NCBI RefSeq assembly: GCF_963921235.1
Contig: NC_086097.1
Coordinates: forward strand, 107,572,001 to 107,636,000
DNA: 64,000 nucleotides
Source: Mobula hypostoma
Lineage: Eukaryota
Reading direction: 5' to 3'
Within the stretch, counting starts at the first letter, position 1. The number at the start of each line of letters is the position of its first letter. Below the pieces are notes generated by a model. The model saw only the letters and a list, made by a program, of their open reading frames with translations, made no database searches and was not told where the DNA came from. The position numbers were made by a program, and so were the translations under genes. This document shows positions 34,801-49,800 of the stretch, piece after piece.

Positions 34801-37800
34801 AGGCCAGAGACCGGAGACCTGAAGCCTGAGGCCGGAGACCTCAGGCGATGCCAGAGTCCAGAGGCCGGAGACCTGAGGCGAGGCCAGAGACCGGAGACCT
34901 GAGGCCTTAGGCCGGAGACTTCAGGTGATGCCAGAGGCCAGAGGCCGGAGACCTGAGGCCGGAGACCTGAGGCGAGGCCAGAGGCCGGAGACCCGAGCGA
35001 TGCCAGAGGCCGGAGACCTGAGGCGATGCCAGAGTCCAGAGACCAGAGGCGAGGCCAGAGGCCGGAGACCTGATGCCGGAAACCTGAAGCCAGAAGCCGG
35101 AGGCTGGAGACCTGAGGCCAGAGGCCAGAGGCTGGAGACTTGAGGCGAGGCTGGTGGCCGGAGGCCGGAGACTTGAGGCGAGGCCGGAGACCTGAGACTT
35201 GAGGCGATGCCGGAGACCTGAGGCCTGAGGCGAACCTCGAGGCTGGAGGCTGGAGACCTGAGGTTAGAGACTTGAGGCCAGAGACTTGAGGCCAGAGACT
35301 TGAGCCGAAGCTGGAGACCGGAGACTGGAGACCTGAGGCCAGAGGCCAGAGGTCAGATTCCAGAGGCCGGAGACCTGAGTCCAGAGGCTGGGGACCTGAG
35401 GCCAGAGGCCAGAGACCTGAGGCCTGAGGCCAGAGGCAGGAGACCTGAGGTGATGCCAGAGGCCAGAGGCCGGAGACCTGAGGCTGGAGACCTGAGGCGA
35501 GGCCAGAGGCCGGAGACCCGAGCGATGCCAGAGGCCGGAGACCCGAGGCGATGCCAGAGTTCGGAGACCCGAGGCGAGGCCAGAGGCCGGAGACCTGATG
35601 CCGGAGACCTGAAGCCAGAGGCCGGAGGCTGGAGACCTGAGGCCAGAGGCCGGAAGCCAGATTCCAGAGGCTAGAGACCTGAGGCCTGAGGCCGGAGACC
35701 TCAGGCGATGCCAGAGGCCAGAGGCCGAAGACCTGAGGTTAGAGACTTGAGGCCAGAGACTTGAGGCCAGAGACTTGAGCCGAAGCTGGAGACCGGAGAC
35801 TGGAGACCTGAGGCCAGAGGCCAGAGGTCAGATTCCAGAGGCCGGAGACCTGAGTCCAGAGGCTGGAGACCTGAGGTTAGAGACTTGAGGCCAGAGACTT
35901 GAGCCGAAGCTGGAGACCGGAGACTGGAGACCTGAGGCCAGAGGCCAGAGGTCAGATTCCAGAGGCCGGAGACCTGAGTCCAGAGGCCGGAGACCCGAGT
36001 GATGCCAGAGGCCGGAGACCCGAGGCGATGCCAGAGTTCGGAGACCCGAGGCGAGGCCAGAGGCCGGAGACCTGATGCCGGAGACCTGAAGCCAGAGGCC
36101 GGAGGCTGGAGACCTGAGGCCAGAGGCCAGAGGCCGGAGACTTGAGGCGAGGCTGGTGGCCGGAGGCCGGAGACTTGAGGCGAGGCCGGTGGCCAGAGGC
36201 CGGAGACCTGAGACTTGAGGCGAGGCCAGAGACCTGAGGCCTGAGGCGAAGCTCAAGGCTGGAGGCCGGAGACCTGAGGTTAGAGACTTGAGGCCAGAGA
36301 CTTGAGGCGAAGCTGGAGACCGGAGACTGGAGACCTGAGGCCAGAGGCCGGAGGCCAGATTCCAGAGGCTGGAGACCTGAGGCCAGAGACCGGAGACCTG
36401 AGGCCTGAGGCCGGAGACCTCAGGCGATGCCAGAGTCCAGAGGCCGGAGACCTGAGGCGAGGCCAGAGGCCGGAGACCTGAGGCCAGAGGCCGGAGACCT
36501 GAGGCCAGAGGCCGGAGACCCGAGCGATGCCAGAGGCCGGAGACCTGAGGCGATGCCAGAGTCCGGAGACCCGAGGCGAGGCCAGAGGCCGGAGACCTGA
36601 TGCCGGAGACCTGAAGCCAGAGGCCGGACGCTGGAGACCTGAGGCCAGAGGCCAGAGGCCGGAGACTTGAGGCGAGGCTGGTGGCCGGAGGCCGGAGAGT
36701 TGAGGCGATGCCGGAGACCTGAGGCCTGAGGCGAAGCTCGAGGCTGGAGGCTGGAGGCTGGAGACCTGAGGTTAGAGACTTGAGGCCAGAGACTTGAGGC
36801 GAAGCTGGAGACCGGAGACTGGAGACCTGAGGCCAGAGGCCGGAAGCCAGATTCCAGAGGCTGGAGACCTGAGGCCAGAGGCCGGAGACCTGAGGCCTGA
36901 GGCCGGAGACCTCAGGCGATGCCAGAGGCCGGAGACCTGAGGTTAGAGACTTGAGGTCAGAGACTTGAGGCCAGAGACTTGAGCCGAAGCTGGAGACCGG
37001 AGACTGGAGACCTGAGGCCAGAGGCCAGAGGTCAGATTCCAGAGGCCGGAGACCTGAGTCCAGAGGCTGGAGACCTGAGGCCTGAGGCCAGAGGCCAGAG
37101 ACCTGAGGCCTGAGGCCAGAGGCAGGAGACCTGAGGCGATGCCAGAGGCCAGAGGCCGGAGACCTGAGGCTGGAGACCTGAGGCGAGGCCAGAGGCCGGA
37201 GACCTGAGGCCAGAGGCCGGAGACCCGAGCGATGCCAGAGGCCGGAGACCCGAGGCGATGCCAGATTTCGGAGACCCGAGGCGAGGCCAGAGGCCGGAGA
37301 CCTGATGCCGGAGACCTGAAGCCAGAGGCCGGAGGTTGGAGACCTGAGGCCAGAGGCCAGAGGCCGGAGACTTGAGGCGAGGCTGGTGGCCGGAGGCCGG
37401 AGACTTGAGGCGAGGCCGGTGGCCGGAGGCCGGAGACCTGAGACTTGAGGCGAGGCCAGAGACCTGAGGCCTGAGGCGAAGCTCAAGGCTGGAGGCCGGA
37501 GACCTGAGGTTAGAGACTTGAGGCCAGAGACTTGAGGCGAAGCTGGAGACCGGAGACTGGAGACCTGAGGCCAGAGACCGGAGACCTGAGGCCTGAGGCC
37601 GGAGACCTCAGGCGATGCCAGAGGCCAGAGGCCGGAGACCTGAGGCGAGGCCAGAGGCCGGAGACCTGAGGCCAGAGGCAGGAGTCCTGATACCAGAGGC
37701 CGGAGACCCGAGCGATGTCAGAGGCCGGAGACCCGAGGCGATGCCAGAGTCCGGAGACCCGAGGCGAGGCCAGAGGCCTGAGACCTGAGGCCATAGGCCG

Positions 37801-40800
37801 GAGACCCGAGGCAATGCCATAGGCCGGAGACCCGAGGTGATGCCAGAGTCTGGAGACCCGAGGCGAGGCCAGAGGCCGGAGACCTGAGGCCGGAGACCTG
37901 AGGCCAGAGGCCAGCGGCTGGAGACCTGGGGCCAGAGACCTGAGACCTGAGGCAAAGCTGGAGGCTGGAGGCCGGAGACTTGAGGCGAGGCTGGTGGCCA
38001 GAGGCCGGAGACTTGAGGCGAAGCTGGAGACCGGAGACTGGAAACCTGAGGCCGGAGACCTGAGGCCAGAGGCCGGAGACCCGAGCGATGCCAGAGGCCG
38101 GAGACCTGAGGCGATGCCAGAGTCCGGAGACCCGAGGCGAGGCCAGAGGCCGGAGACCTGATGCCGGAGACCTGAAGCCAGAGGCCGGACGCTGGAGACC
38201 TGAGGCCAGAGGCCAGAGGCCGGAGACTTGAGGCGAGGCTGGTGGCCGGAGGCCGGAGAGTTGAGGCGATGCCGGAGACCTGAGGCCTGAGGCGAAGCTC
38301 GAGGCTGGAGGCTGGAGGCTGGAGACCTGAGGTTAGAGACTTGAGGCCAGAGACTTGAGGCGAAGCTGGAGACCGGAGACTGGAGACCTGAGGCCAGAGG
38401 CCGGAAGCCAGATTCCAGAGGCTGGAGACCTGAGGCCAGAGGCCGGAGACCTGAGGCCTGAGGCCGGAGACCTCAGGCGATGCCAGAGGCCAGAGGCCGG
38501 AGACCTGAGGTTAGAGACTTGAGGCCAGAGACTTGAGGCCAGAGACTTGAGCCGAAGCTGGAGACCGGAGACTGGAGACCTGAGGCCAGAGGCCAGAGGT
38601 CAGATTCCAGAGGCCGGAGACCTGAGTCCAGAGGCTGGAGACCTGAGGCCTGAGGCCAGAGGCCAGAGACCTGAGGCCTGAGGCCAGAGGCAGGAGACCT
38701 GAGGCGATGCCAGAGGCCAGAGGCCGGAGACCTGAGGCTGGAGACCTGAGGCGAGGCCAGAGGCCGGAGACCTGAGGCCAGAGGCCGGAGACCCGAGCGA
38801 TGCCAGAGGCCGGAGACCCGAGGCGATGCCAGATTTCGGAGACCCGAGGCGAGGCCAGAGGCCGGAGACCTGATGCCGGAGACCTGAAGCCAGAGGCCGG
38901 AGGCTGGAGACCTGAGGCCAGAGGCCAGAGGCCGGAGACTTGAGGCGAGGCTGGTGGCCAGAGGCCGGAGACTTGAGGCGAGGTCGGTGGCCGGAGGCCG
39001 GAGACCTGAGACTTGAGGCGAGGCCAGAGACCTGAGGCCTGAGGCGAAGCTCAAGGCTGGAGGCCGGAGACCTGAGGTTAGAGACTTGAGGCCAGAGACT
39101 TGAGGCGAAGCTGGAGACCGGAGACTGGAGACCTGAGGCCAGAGACCGGAGACCTGAGGCCTGAGGCCGGAGACCTGAGGTGATGCCAGAGGCCAGAGGC
39201 CGGAGACCTGAGGCCGGAGACCTGAGGCGAGGCCAGAGGCCGGAGACCTGAGGCCAGAGGCAGGAGTCCTGATACCAGAGGCCGGAGACCCGAGCGATGT
39301 CAGAGGCCGGAGACCCGAGGCGATGCCAGAGTCTGGAGACCCGAGGCGAAGCCAGAGGCCTGAGACCTGAGGCCATAGGCCGGAGACCCGAGGCAATGCC
39401 ATAGGCCGGAGACCCGAGGTGATGCCAGAGTCTGGAGACCCGAGGCGAGGCCAGAGGCCGGAGACCTGAGGCCGGAGACCTGAGGCCAGAGGCCAGCGGC
39501 TGGAGACCTGGGGCCAGAGACCTGAGACCTGAGGCAAAGCTGGAGGCTGGAGGCCGGAGACTTGAGGCGAGGCTGGTGGCCAGAGGCCGGAGACTTGAGG
39601 CGAAGCTGGAGCAGGAGACTGGAAACCTGAGGCCGGAGACCTGAGGCCAGAGGCCGGAGACCCGAGCGATGCCAGAGGCCGGAGACCTGAGGCGATGCCA
39701 GAGTCCGGAGACCCGAGGCGAGGCCAGAGGCCGGAGACCTGATGCCGGAGACCTGAAGCCAGAGGCCGGACGCTGGAGACCTGAGGCCAGAGGCCAGAGG
39801 CCGGAGACTTGAGGCGAGGCTGGTGGCCGGAGGCCGGAGAGTTGAGGCGATGCCGGAGACCTGAGGCCTGAGGCGAAGCTCGAGGCTGGAGGCTGGAGGC
39901 TGGAGACCTGAGGTTAGAGACTTGAGGCCAGAGACTTGAGGCGAAGCTGGAGACCGGAGACTGGAGACCTGAGGCCAGAGGCCGGAAGCCAGATTCCAGA
40001 GGCTGGAGACCTGAGGCCAGAGGCCGGAGACCTGAGGCCTGAGGCCGGAGACCTCAGGCGATGCCAGAGGCCAGAGGCCGGAGACCTGAGGTTAGAGACT
40101 TGAGGTCAGAGACTTGAGGCCAGAGACTTGAGCCGAAGCTGGAGACCGGAGACTGGAGACCTGAGGCCAGAGGCCAGAGGTCAGATTCCAGAGGCCGGAG
40201 ACCTGAGTCCAGAGGCTGGAGACCTGAGGCCTGAGGCCAGAGGCCAGAGACCTGAGGCCTGAGGCCAGAGGCAGGAGACCATAGGCGATGCCAGAGGCCA
40301 GAGGCCGGAGACCTGAGGCTGGAGACCTGAGGCGAGGCCAGAGGCCGGAGACCTGAGGCCAGAGGCCGGAGACCCGAGCGATGCCAGAGGCCGGAGACCC
40401 GAGGCGATGCCAGATTTCGGAGACCCGAGGCGAGGCCAGAGGCCGGAGACCTGATGCCGGAGACCTGAAGCCAGAGGCCGGAGGTTGGAGACCTGAGGCC
40501 AGAGGCCAGAGGCCGGAGACTTGAGGCGAGGCTGGTGGCCAGAGGCCGGAGACTTGAGGCGAGGCCGGTGGCCGGAGGCCGGAGACCTGAGACTTGAGGC
40601 GAGGCCAGAGACCTGAGGCCTGAGGCGAAGCTCAAGGCTGGAGGCCGGAGACCTGAGGTTAGAGACTTGAGGCCAGAGACTTGAGGCGAAGCTGGAGACC
40701 GGAGACTGGAGACCTGAGGCCAGAGACCGGAGACCTGAGGCCTGAGGCCGGAGACCTCAGGCGATGCCAGAGGCCAGAGGCCGGAGACCTGAGGCCGGAG

Positions 40801-43800
40801 ACCTGAGGCGAGGCCAGAGGCCGGAGACCTGAGGCCAGAGGCAGGAGTCCTGATACCAGAGGCCGGAGACCCGAGCGATGTCAGAGGCCGGAGACCCGAG
40901 GCGATGCCAGAGTCTGGAGACCCGAGGCGAGGCCAGAGGCCTGAGACCTGAGGCCATAGGCCGGAGACCCGAGGCAATGCCATAGGCCGGAGACCCGAGG
41001 TGATGCCAGAGTCTGGAGACCCGAGGCGAGGCCAGAGGCCGGAGACCTGAGGCCGGAGACCTGAGGCCAGAGGCCAGCGGCTGGAGACCTGGGGCCAGAG
41101 ACCTGAGACCTGAGGCAAAGCTGGAGGCTGGAGGCCGGAGACTTGAGGCGAGGCTGGTGGCCGGAGGCCGAAGACTTGAGGCGAAGCTGGAGACCGGAGA
41201 CTGGAAACCTGAGGCCAGAGGCCAGAGGACAGAGGCTGGAGACCTGAGGCCAGAGACTGGAGACCTGAGGCCAGAGACTGGATACCTGAGGCCAGAGGCT
41301 GGAGACCTGAGACCAGAGGCCAGAGGCTGGAAGCCAGAGGCCAGAGGCCGGAGACCTGAGGTTAGAGACTTGAGGTCAGAGACTTGAGGCCAGAGACTTG
41401 AGCCGAAGCTGGAGACCGGAGACTGGAGACCTGAGGCCAGAGGCCAGAGGTCAGATTCCAGAGGCCGGAGACCTGAGTCCAGAGGCTGGAGTCATGAGGC
41501 CTGAGGCCAGAGGCCAGAGACCTGAGGCCTGAGGCCAGAGGCAGGAGACCTGAGGCGATGCCAGAGGCCAGAGGCCGGAGACCTGAGACTGGAGACCTGA
41601 GGCGAGGCCAGAGGCCGGAGACCTGAGGCCAGAGGCCGGAAGCCAGATTCCAGAGGCTAGAGACCTGAGGCCTGAGGCCGGAAACCTCAGGCGATGCCAG
41701 AGGCCAGAGGCCGGAGACCTGAGGTTAGAGACTTGAGGCCAGACTTGAGGCCAGAGACTTGAGCCGAAGCTGGAGACCGGAGACTGGAGACCTGAGGCCA
41801 GAGGCCGGAGGTCAGATTCCAGAGGCCGGAGACCTGAGTCCAGAGGCTGGAGACCTGAGGCCTGAGGCCAGAGGCCAGAGACCTGAGGCCTGAGGCCAGA
41901 GGCAGGAGACCTGAGGCGATGCCAGAGGCCAGAGGCCGGAGACCTGAGGGTGGAGACCTGAGGGTGGAGACCTGAGGCGAGGCCAGAGGCCGGAGACCTG
42001 AGGCCAGAGGCCGGAGACCCGAGTGATGCCAGAGGCCGGAGACCCGAGGCGATGCCAGAGTTCGGAGACCCGAGGCGAGGCCAGAGGCCGGAGACCTGAT
42101 GCCGGAGACCTGAAGCCAGAGGCCGGAGGCTGGAGACCTGAGGCCAGAGGCCAGAGGCCGGAGACTTGAGGCGAGGCTGGTGGCCGGAGGCCGGAGACTT
42201 GAGGCGAGGCCGGTGGCCGGAGGCCGGAGACCTGAGACTTGAGGCGAGGCCAGAGACCTGAGGCCTGAGGCGAAGCTCAAGGCTGGAGGCCGGAGACCTG
42301 AGGTTAGAGACTTGAGGCCAGAGACTTGAGGCGAAGCTGGAGACCGGAGACTGGAGACGTGAGGCCAGAGGCCGGAGGCCAGATTCCAGAGGCTGGAGAC
42401 CTGAGGCCAGAGGCCGGAGACCTGAGGCCAGAGGCCGGAGACCCGAGTGATGCCAGAGGCCGGAGACCTGAGGCGATGCCAGAGTCCGGATACCCGAGGC
42501 GAGGCCAGAGGCCGGAGACCTGATGCCGGAGACCTGAAGCCAGAGGCCGGAGGCTGGAGACCTGAGGCCAGAGACCAGAGGCCGGAGACTTGAGGCGAGG
42601 CTGGTGGCCAGAGGCCGGAGAGTTGAGGCGAGGCCGGAGACCTGAGACTTGAGGCAATGCCGGAGACCTGAGGCCTGAGGCAAAGCTCGAGGCTGGAGGC
42701 TGGAGACCTGAGGTTAGAGACTTGAGGCCAGAGACTTGAGGCGAAGCTGGAGACCGGAGACTGGAGACCTGAGGCCAGAAGCCGGAAGCCAGATTCCAGA
42801 GGCTGGAGACCTGAGGCCAGAGGCCGGAGACCTGAGGCCTGAGGCCGGAGACCTCAGGCGATGCCAGAGGCCAGAGGCTGGAGACCTGAGCTTAGTGACT
42901 TGAGGTCAGAGACTTGAGGCCAGAGACTTGAGCCGAAGCTGGAGACCGGAGACTGGAGACCTGAGGCCAGAGGCCAGAGGTCAGATTCCAGAGGTCGGAG
43001 ACCTGAGTCCAGAGGCTGGAGACCTGAGGCCTGAGGCCAGAGGCCAGAGACCTGAGGCCTGAGGCCAGAGGCAGGAGACCTGAGGCGATGCCAGAGGCCA
43101 GAGGCCGGAGACCTGAGGCTGGAGACCTGAGGCGAGGCCAGAGGCCGGAGACCTGAGGCCAGATGCCGGAGACCCGAGCGATGCCAGAGGCCGGAGACCC
43201 GAGGCGATGCCAGAGTTCGGAGACCCGAGGCGAGGCCAGAGGCCGGAGACCTGATGCCGGAGACCTGAAGCCAGAGGCCGGAGGTTGGAGGCCAGAGGCC
43301 AGAGGCCGGAGACTTGAGGCGAGGCTGGTGGCCGGAGGCCGGAGACTTGAGGCGAGACCGGTGGCCGGAGGTCGGAGACCTGAGACTTGAGGCGAGGCCA
43401 GAGACCTGAGGCCTGAGGCGAAGCTCAAGGCTGGAGGCCGGAGACCTGAGGTTAGAGACTTGAGGCCAGAGACTTGAGGCGAAGCTGGAGACCGGAGACT
43501 GGAGACCTGAGGCCAGAGACCGGAGACCTGAGGCCTGAGGTCGGAGACCTCAGGCGATGCCAGAGGCTAGAGGCCGGAGACCTGAGGCGAGGCCAGAGGC
43601 CGGAGACCTAAGGCCAGAGGCAGGAGTCCTGACCCCAGAGGCCGGAGACCCGAGCGATGTCAGAGGCCGGAGACCCGAGGCGATGCCAGAGTCCGGAGAC
43701 CCGAGGCGAGGCCAGAGGCCAGAGACCTGAGGCCAGAGGCCAGCGGCTGGAGACCTGGGGCCAGAGACCTGAGAACTGAGGCAAAGCTGGAGGCTGGAGG

Positions 43801-46800
43801 CCGGAGACTTGAGGCGAGGCTGGTGGCCGGAGGCCGGAGACTTGAGGCGAGGCCTGTGGCCAGAGGCAGGAGACTTGAGGCGAAGCTGGAGACCGGAGAC
43901 TGGAAACCTGAGGCCAGAGGCCAGAAGACAGAGGCTGGAGACCTGAGACAAGAGGCTGGATACCTGAGGCCAGAGGCAAGAGGCTGGAGACCTGAGACAA
44001 GAGGCTGGATACCTGAGGCCAGAGGCAAGAGGCTGGAGACCTGAGGCCAGAGACTGGAGACCTGAGGCCAGAGGCTGGAGACCTGAGACCAGAGGCCAGA
44101 GGCAGGAGGCCAGAGGCCGGAGACCTGAGACCTGAGGCAGGGCCGGAGACCTGAGGCGATGCCAGAGGCCGGAGGCCGGAGACCTGAGGCCCAAGGCCAG
44201 AAGCTGGAGGCCGGTGGACGGAGACCTGAGGCCGGAAACCTGAGGTGAGGCCCGATGCCAGAGGCCAGAGGCCGGCGACCTGAGGCCGGAGACCTGAGAC
44301 CTGAGGCGAGGCCGGAGACCTGAGGCAAGACCGTTGGCCGGAGGCCGGAGACCTGAGGCGAGGCCGGTGGCCGGAGGCCGGAGACTTGAGGCGAGGCCGG
44401 AGACCTGAGGCCTGAGGCGATGCCAGAGGCCGGAGGCTGGAGACCTGAGGTTAGAGACTTGAGGCCAGAGACTTGAGGCCAGAGACTTGAGCCGAAGCTG
44501 GAGACCGGAGACTGGAGACCTGAGGCCAGAGGCCAGAGGTCAGATTCCAGAGGCCGGAGACCTGAGTCCAGAGGCTGGAGACCTGAGGCCTGAGGCCAGA
44601 GGCCAGAGACCTGAGGCCTGAGGCCAGATGCAGGAGACCTGAGGCGATGCCAGAGGCCAGAGGCCGGAGACCTGAGGCTGGAGACCTGAGGCGAGGCCAG
44701 AGGCCGGAGACCTGAGGCCAGAGGCCGGAGACCCGAGCGATGCCAGAGGCTGAAGACCCGAGGCGATGCCATATTTCGGAGACCCGAGGCGAGGCCAGAG
44801 GCCGGAGACCTGATGCCGGAGACCTGAAGCCAGAGGCCGGAGGTTGGAGACCTGAGGCCAGAGGCCAGAGGCCGGAGACTTGAGGCGAGGCTGGTGGCCG
44901 GAGGCCGGAGACTTGAGGCGAGGCCGGTGGCCGGAGGTCGGAGACCTGAGACTTGAGGCGAGGCCAGAGACCTGAGGCCTGAGGCGAAGCTCAAGGCTGG
45001 AGGCCGGAGACCTGAGGTTAGAGACTTGAGGCCAGAGACTTGAGGCGAAGCTGGAGACCGGAGACTGGAGACCTGAGGCCAGAGACCGGAGACCTGAGGC
45101 CAGAGGCAGGAGTCCTGACCCCAGAGGCCGGAGACCCGAGCGATGTCAGAGGCCGGAGACCCGAGGTGATGCCAGAGTCCGGAGACCCGAGGCGAGGCCA
45201 GAGGCCGGAGACCTGAGGCCAGAGGCCAGCGGCTGGAGACCTGGGGCCAGAGACCTGAGAACTGAGGCAAAGCTGGAGGCTGGAGGCCGGAGACTTGAGG
45301 CGAGGCTGGTGGCCGGAGGCCGGAGACTTGAGGCGAGGCCTGTGGCCAGAGGCAGGAGACTTGAGGCGAAGCTGGAGACCGGAGACTGGAAACCTGAGGC
45401 CAGAGGCCAGAAGACAGAGGCTGGAGACCTGAGACAAGAGGCTGGATACCTGAGGCCAGAGGCAAGAGGCTGGAGACCTGAGACAAGAGGCTGGATACCT
45501 GAGGCCAGAGGCAAGAGGCTGGAGACCTGAGGCCAGAGACTGGAGACCTGAGGCCAGAGGCTGGAGACCTGAGACCAGAGGCCAGAGGCAGGAGGCCAGA
45601 GGCCGGAGACCTGAGACCTGAGGCAGGGCCGGAGACCTGAGGCGATGCCAGAGGCCGGAGGCCGGAGACCTGAGGCCCAAGGCCAGAAGCTGGAGGTCGG
45701 TGGACGGAGACCTGAGGCCGGAAACCTGAGGTGAGGCCCGATGCCAGAGGCCAGAGGCCGGCGACCTGAGGCCGGAGACCTGAGACCTGAGGCGAGGCCG
45801 GAGACCTGAGGCAAGACCGTTGGCCGGAGGCCGGAGACCTGAGGCGAGGCCGGTGGCCGGAGGCCGGAGACTTGAGGCGAGGCCGGAGACCTGAGGCCTG
45901 AGGCGATGCCAGAGGCCGGAGGCTGGAGACCTGAGGTTAGAGACTTGAGGCCAGAGACTTGAGGCCAGAGACTTGAGCCGAAGCTGGAGACCGGAGACTG
46001 GAGACCTGAGGCCAGAGGCCAGAGGTCAGATTCCAGAGGCCAGAGACCTGAGTCCAGAGGCTGGGGACCTGAGGCCTGAGGCCAGAGACCTGAGGCCTGA
46101 GGCCAGAGGCAGGAGACCTGAGGCCTGAGGCCAGAGGCAGGAGACCTGAGGCGATGCCAGAGGCCAGAGGCAGGAGACCTGAGGTTGGAGACCTGAGGCG
46201 AGGCCAGAGGCCGGAGACCCGAGCGATGCCAGAGGCCGGAGACCCGAGGTGATGCCAGAGTTCGGAGACCCGAGGCGAGGCCAGAGGCCGGAGACCTGAT
46301 GCCGGAGACCTGAAGCCAGAGGCCGGAGGCTGGAGACCTGAGGCCAGAGGCCAGTGGCTGGAGGCTGGATACGAGGCGAGGCCGGAGACCTGTGGCGAGA
46401 CCCGAGGTTGGAGACCTGAGGCGAGGCCGGAGGCTAGAGGCCGGAGACTTGAGGCGAGGCTGGTGGCCGGAGGCCGGAGACTTGAGGCGAGGCCGGTGGC
46501 CAGAGGCCGGAGACCTGAGACTTGAGGCGAGGCCAGAGACCTGAGGCCTGAGGCGAAGCTCAAGGCTGGAGGCCGGAGACCTGAGGTTAGAGACTTGAGG
46601 CCAGAGACTTGAGGTGAAGCTGGAGACCGGAGACTGGAGACCTGAGGCCAGAGGCCGGAATCCAGATTCCAGAGGCTGGAGACCTGAGGCCTGAGGCCAG
46701 AGACCTCAGGCGATGCCAGAGGCCAGAGGCCGGAGACCTGAGGTTAGAGACTTGAGGCCAGAGACTTGAGGCCAGAGACTTGAGCCGAAGCTGGAGACCG

Positions 46801-49800
46801 GAGACTGGAGACCTGAGGCCAGAGGCCAGAGGTCAGATTCCAGAGGCCGGAGACCTGAGTCCAGAGGCTGGAGACCTGAGGCCTGAGGCCAGAGGCCAGA
46901 GACCTGAGGCCTGAGGCCAGAGGCAGGAGACCTGAGGCGATGCCAGAGGCCAGAGGCCGGAGACCTGAGGCTGGAGACCTGAGGCGAGACCAGAGACCGG
47001 AGACCTGAGGCCTGAGGCCGGAGACCTCAGGCGATGCCAGGGGCCAGAGGCCGGAGACCTGAGGCCGGAGAGCTGAGGCGAGGCCAGAGGCCGGAGACCT
47101 GAGGCCAGAGGCCGGAGACCTGAGGCCAGAGGCCGGAGACCCGAGCGATGCCAGAGGCCGGAGACCTGAGGCGATGCCAGAGTCCGGAGACCCGAGGCGA
47201 GGCCAGAGGCCGGAGACCTGATGCCGGAGACCTGAAGCCAGAGGCCGGAGGCTGGAGACCTGAGGCCAGAGGCCAGAGGCCGGAGACTTGAGGTGAGGCT
47301 GGTGGCCGGAGGCCGGAGACTTGAGGCGATGCCGGAGACCTGAGGCCTGAGGTGAAGCTCGAGGCTGGAGGCTGGAGACCTGAGGTTAGAGACTTGAGGC
47401 CAGAGACTTGAGGCGAAGCTGGAGACCGGAGACTGGAGACCTGAAGCCAGAGGCCGGAAGCCAGATTCCAGAGGCTGGAGACCTGAGGCCAGAGTCCGGA
47501 GACCTGAGGCCTGAGGCCGGAGACCTCAGGCGATGCCAGAGTCCGGAGACCCGAGGCGAGGCCAGAGGCCGGAGACCTAATGCCGGAGACCTGAAGCCAG
47601 AGGCCAGAGGCCGGAGAGTTGAGGCGAGGCTGGAGACCGGAGACTGGAGACCTGAGGCCAGAGGCCAGAGGTCAGATTCCAGAGGCCGGAGACCTGAGTC
47701 CAGAGGCTGGAGACCTGAGGCCTGAGGCCAGAGGCCAGAGACCTGAGGCCTGAGGCCAGATGCAGGAGACCTGAGGCGATGCCAGAGGCCAGAGGCCGGA
47801 GACCTGAGGCTGGAGACCTGACGCGAGGCCAGAGGCCGGAGACCTGAGGCCAGGCCTGAGGCCGGAGACCTGAGGCCAAGCCTGAGGCCGGAGACCTGAG
47901 ACCTGGCCGGAGACCCGAGGTGAGGCCAGAGGCCAGAGACCTGAGGCGAGGCCGGAGACGTGAGGCGAGGTCGGAGGCCGGAGACCTGAGGCGAGGCCGG
48001 AGACGTGAGGCGAGGTCGGAGGCCGGAGACCTGAGGCGACGCTGGAGGCCAGAGACCAGAGACCTGAGGCGAGGCCAGAGGCCGGAGACCTGAGGCCAGA
48101 GGCCGGAGACCCGAGGCGAGGCCAGAGGCCGGAGACCCGAGGCGAGGTCCGAGGCCGGAGACCCGAGGCAATGCCAGAGTCCGGAGACCCGAGGCGATGC
48201 CAGAGGCCGGAGACCTGAGGCCAGAGGCCGGAGACCCGAGGCAATGCCATAGGCCGGAGACCCGAGGTGATGCCAGAGTTCGGAGACCCGAGGCGAGGCC
48301 AGAGGCCGGAGACCTGAGGCCGGAGACCTGAGGCCAGAGGCCAGCGGCTGGAGACCTGGGGCCAGAGACCTGAGGCAAAGCTGGAGGCTGGAGGCCGGAG
48401 ACTTGAGGTGAGGCTGGTGGCCGGAGGCCGGAGACTTGAGGCGAGGCCTGTGGCCAGAGGCAGGAGACTTGAGGCGAAGCTGGAGACCGGAGACTGGAAA
48501 CCTGAGGCCAGAGGCCAGAGGACAGAGGCTGGAGACCTGAGACAAGAGGCTGGATACTTGAGGCCAGAGACTTGAGGCGAAGCTGGAGACCGGAGACTGG
48601 AGACCTGAGGCCAGAGGCCGGAGGCCAGATTCCTGAGGCTGTAGACCTGAGGCCAGAGACCGGAGACCTGAGGCCTGTGGCCGGAGACGTCAGGCGATGC
48701 CAGAGGCCAGAGGCCGGAGACCTGAGGCGAGGCCAGAGGCCGGAGACCCGAGCGATGCCAGAGGCCGGAGACCTGAGGCGATGCCAGAGTCCAGATACCC
48801 GAGGCGAGGCCAGAGGCCGGAGACCTGATGCCAGAGACCTGAAGCCAGAGGCCGGAGGTTGGAGACCTGAGGCCAGAGGCCAGAGGCCGGAGACTTGAGG
48901 CGAGGCTGGTGGCCGGAGGCCGGAGACTTGAGGCGAGGTCGGTGGCCGGAGGCCGGAGACCTGAGACTTGAGGCGAGGCCAGAGAGCTGTGGCCTGAGGC
49001 GAAGCTCAAGGCTGGAGGCCGGAGACCTGAGGTTAGAGACTTGAGGCCAGAGACTTGAGGCGAAGCTGGACACCGGAGACTGGAGACCTGAGGCCAGAGG
49101 CCGGAGACCTGAGACTTGAGGCGAGGCCAGAGACCTGAGGCCTGAGGCGAAGCTCAAGGCTGGAGGCCGGAGACCTGAGGTTAGAGACTTGAGGCCAGAG
49201 ACTTGAGGCGAAGCTGGAGACCGGTGACTGGAGACCTGAGGCCAGAGGCCGGAGGCCAGATTCCAGAGGCTGGAGACCTGAGGCCAGAGACCGGAGACCT
49301 GAGGCCTGAGGCCGGAGACCTCAGGCGATGCCAGAGGCCAGAGGCCAGAGACCTGAGGCCGGAGACCTGAGGCGAGGCCAGAGGCCGGAGACCTGAGGCC
49401 AGAGGCCGGAGACCCGAGCGATGCCAGAGGCCGGAGACCTGAGGCAATGCCAGAGTCCGGAGACCCGAGGCAAGGCCAGAGGCCGGAGACCTGAAGCCAG
49501 AGGCCGGAGGCTGGAGACCTGAGGCCAGAGGCCAGAGGCCGGAGACTTGAGGCGAGGCTGGTGGCTGGAGGCCGGAGACTTGAGGCGATGCCGGAGACCT
49601 GAGGCCTGAGGCGAAGCTCGAGGCTGGAGGCTGGAGACCTGAGGTTAGAGACTTGAGGCCAGAGACTTGAGGCGAAGCTGGAGATCGGAGACTGGAGACC
49701 TGAGGCCAGAGGCCGGAAGCCAGATTCCAGAGGCTGGAGACCTAAGGCCAGAGGCCGGAGACCCGAGGCGATGCCAGAGTCCGGAGACTCGAGGCGAGGC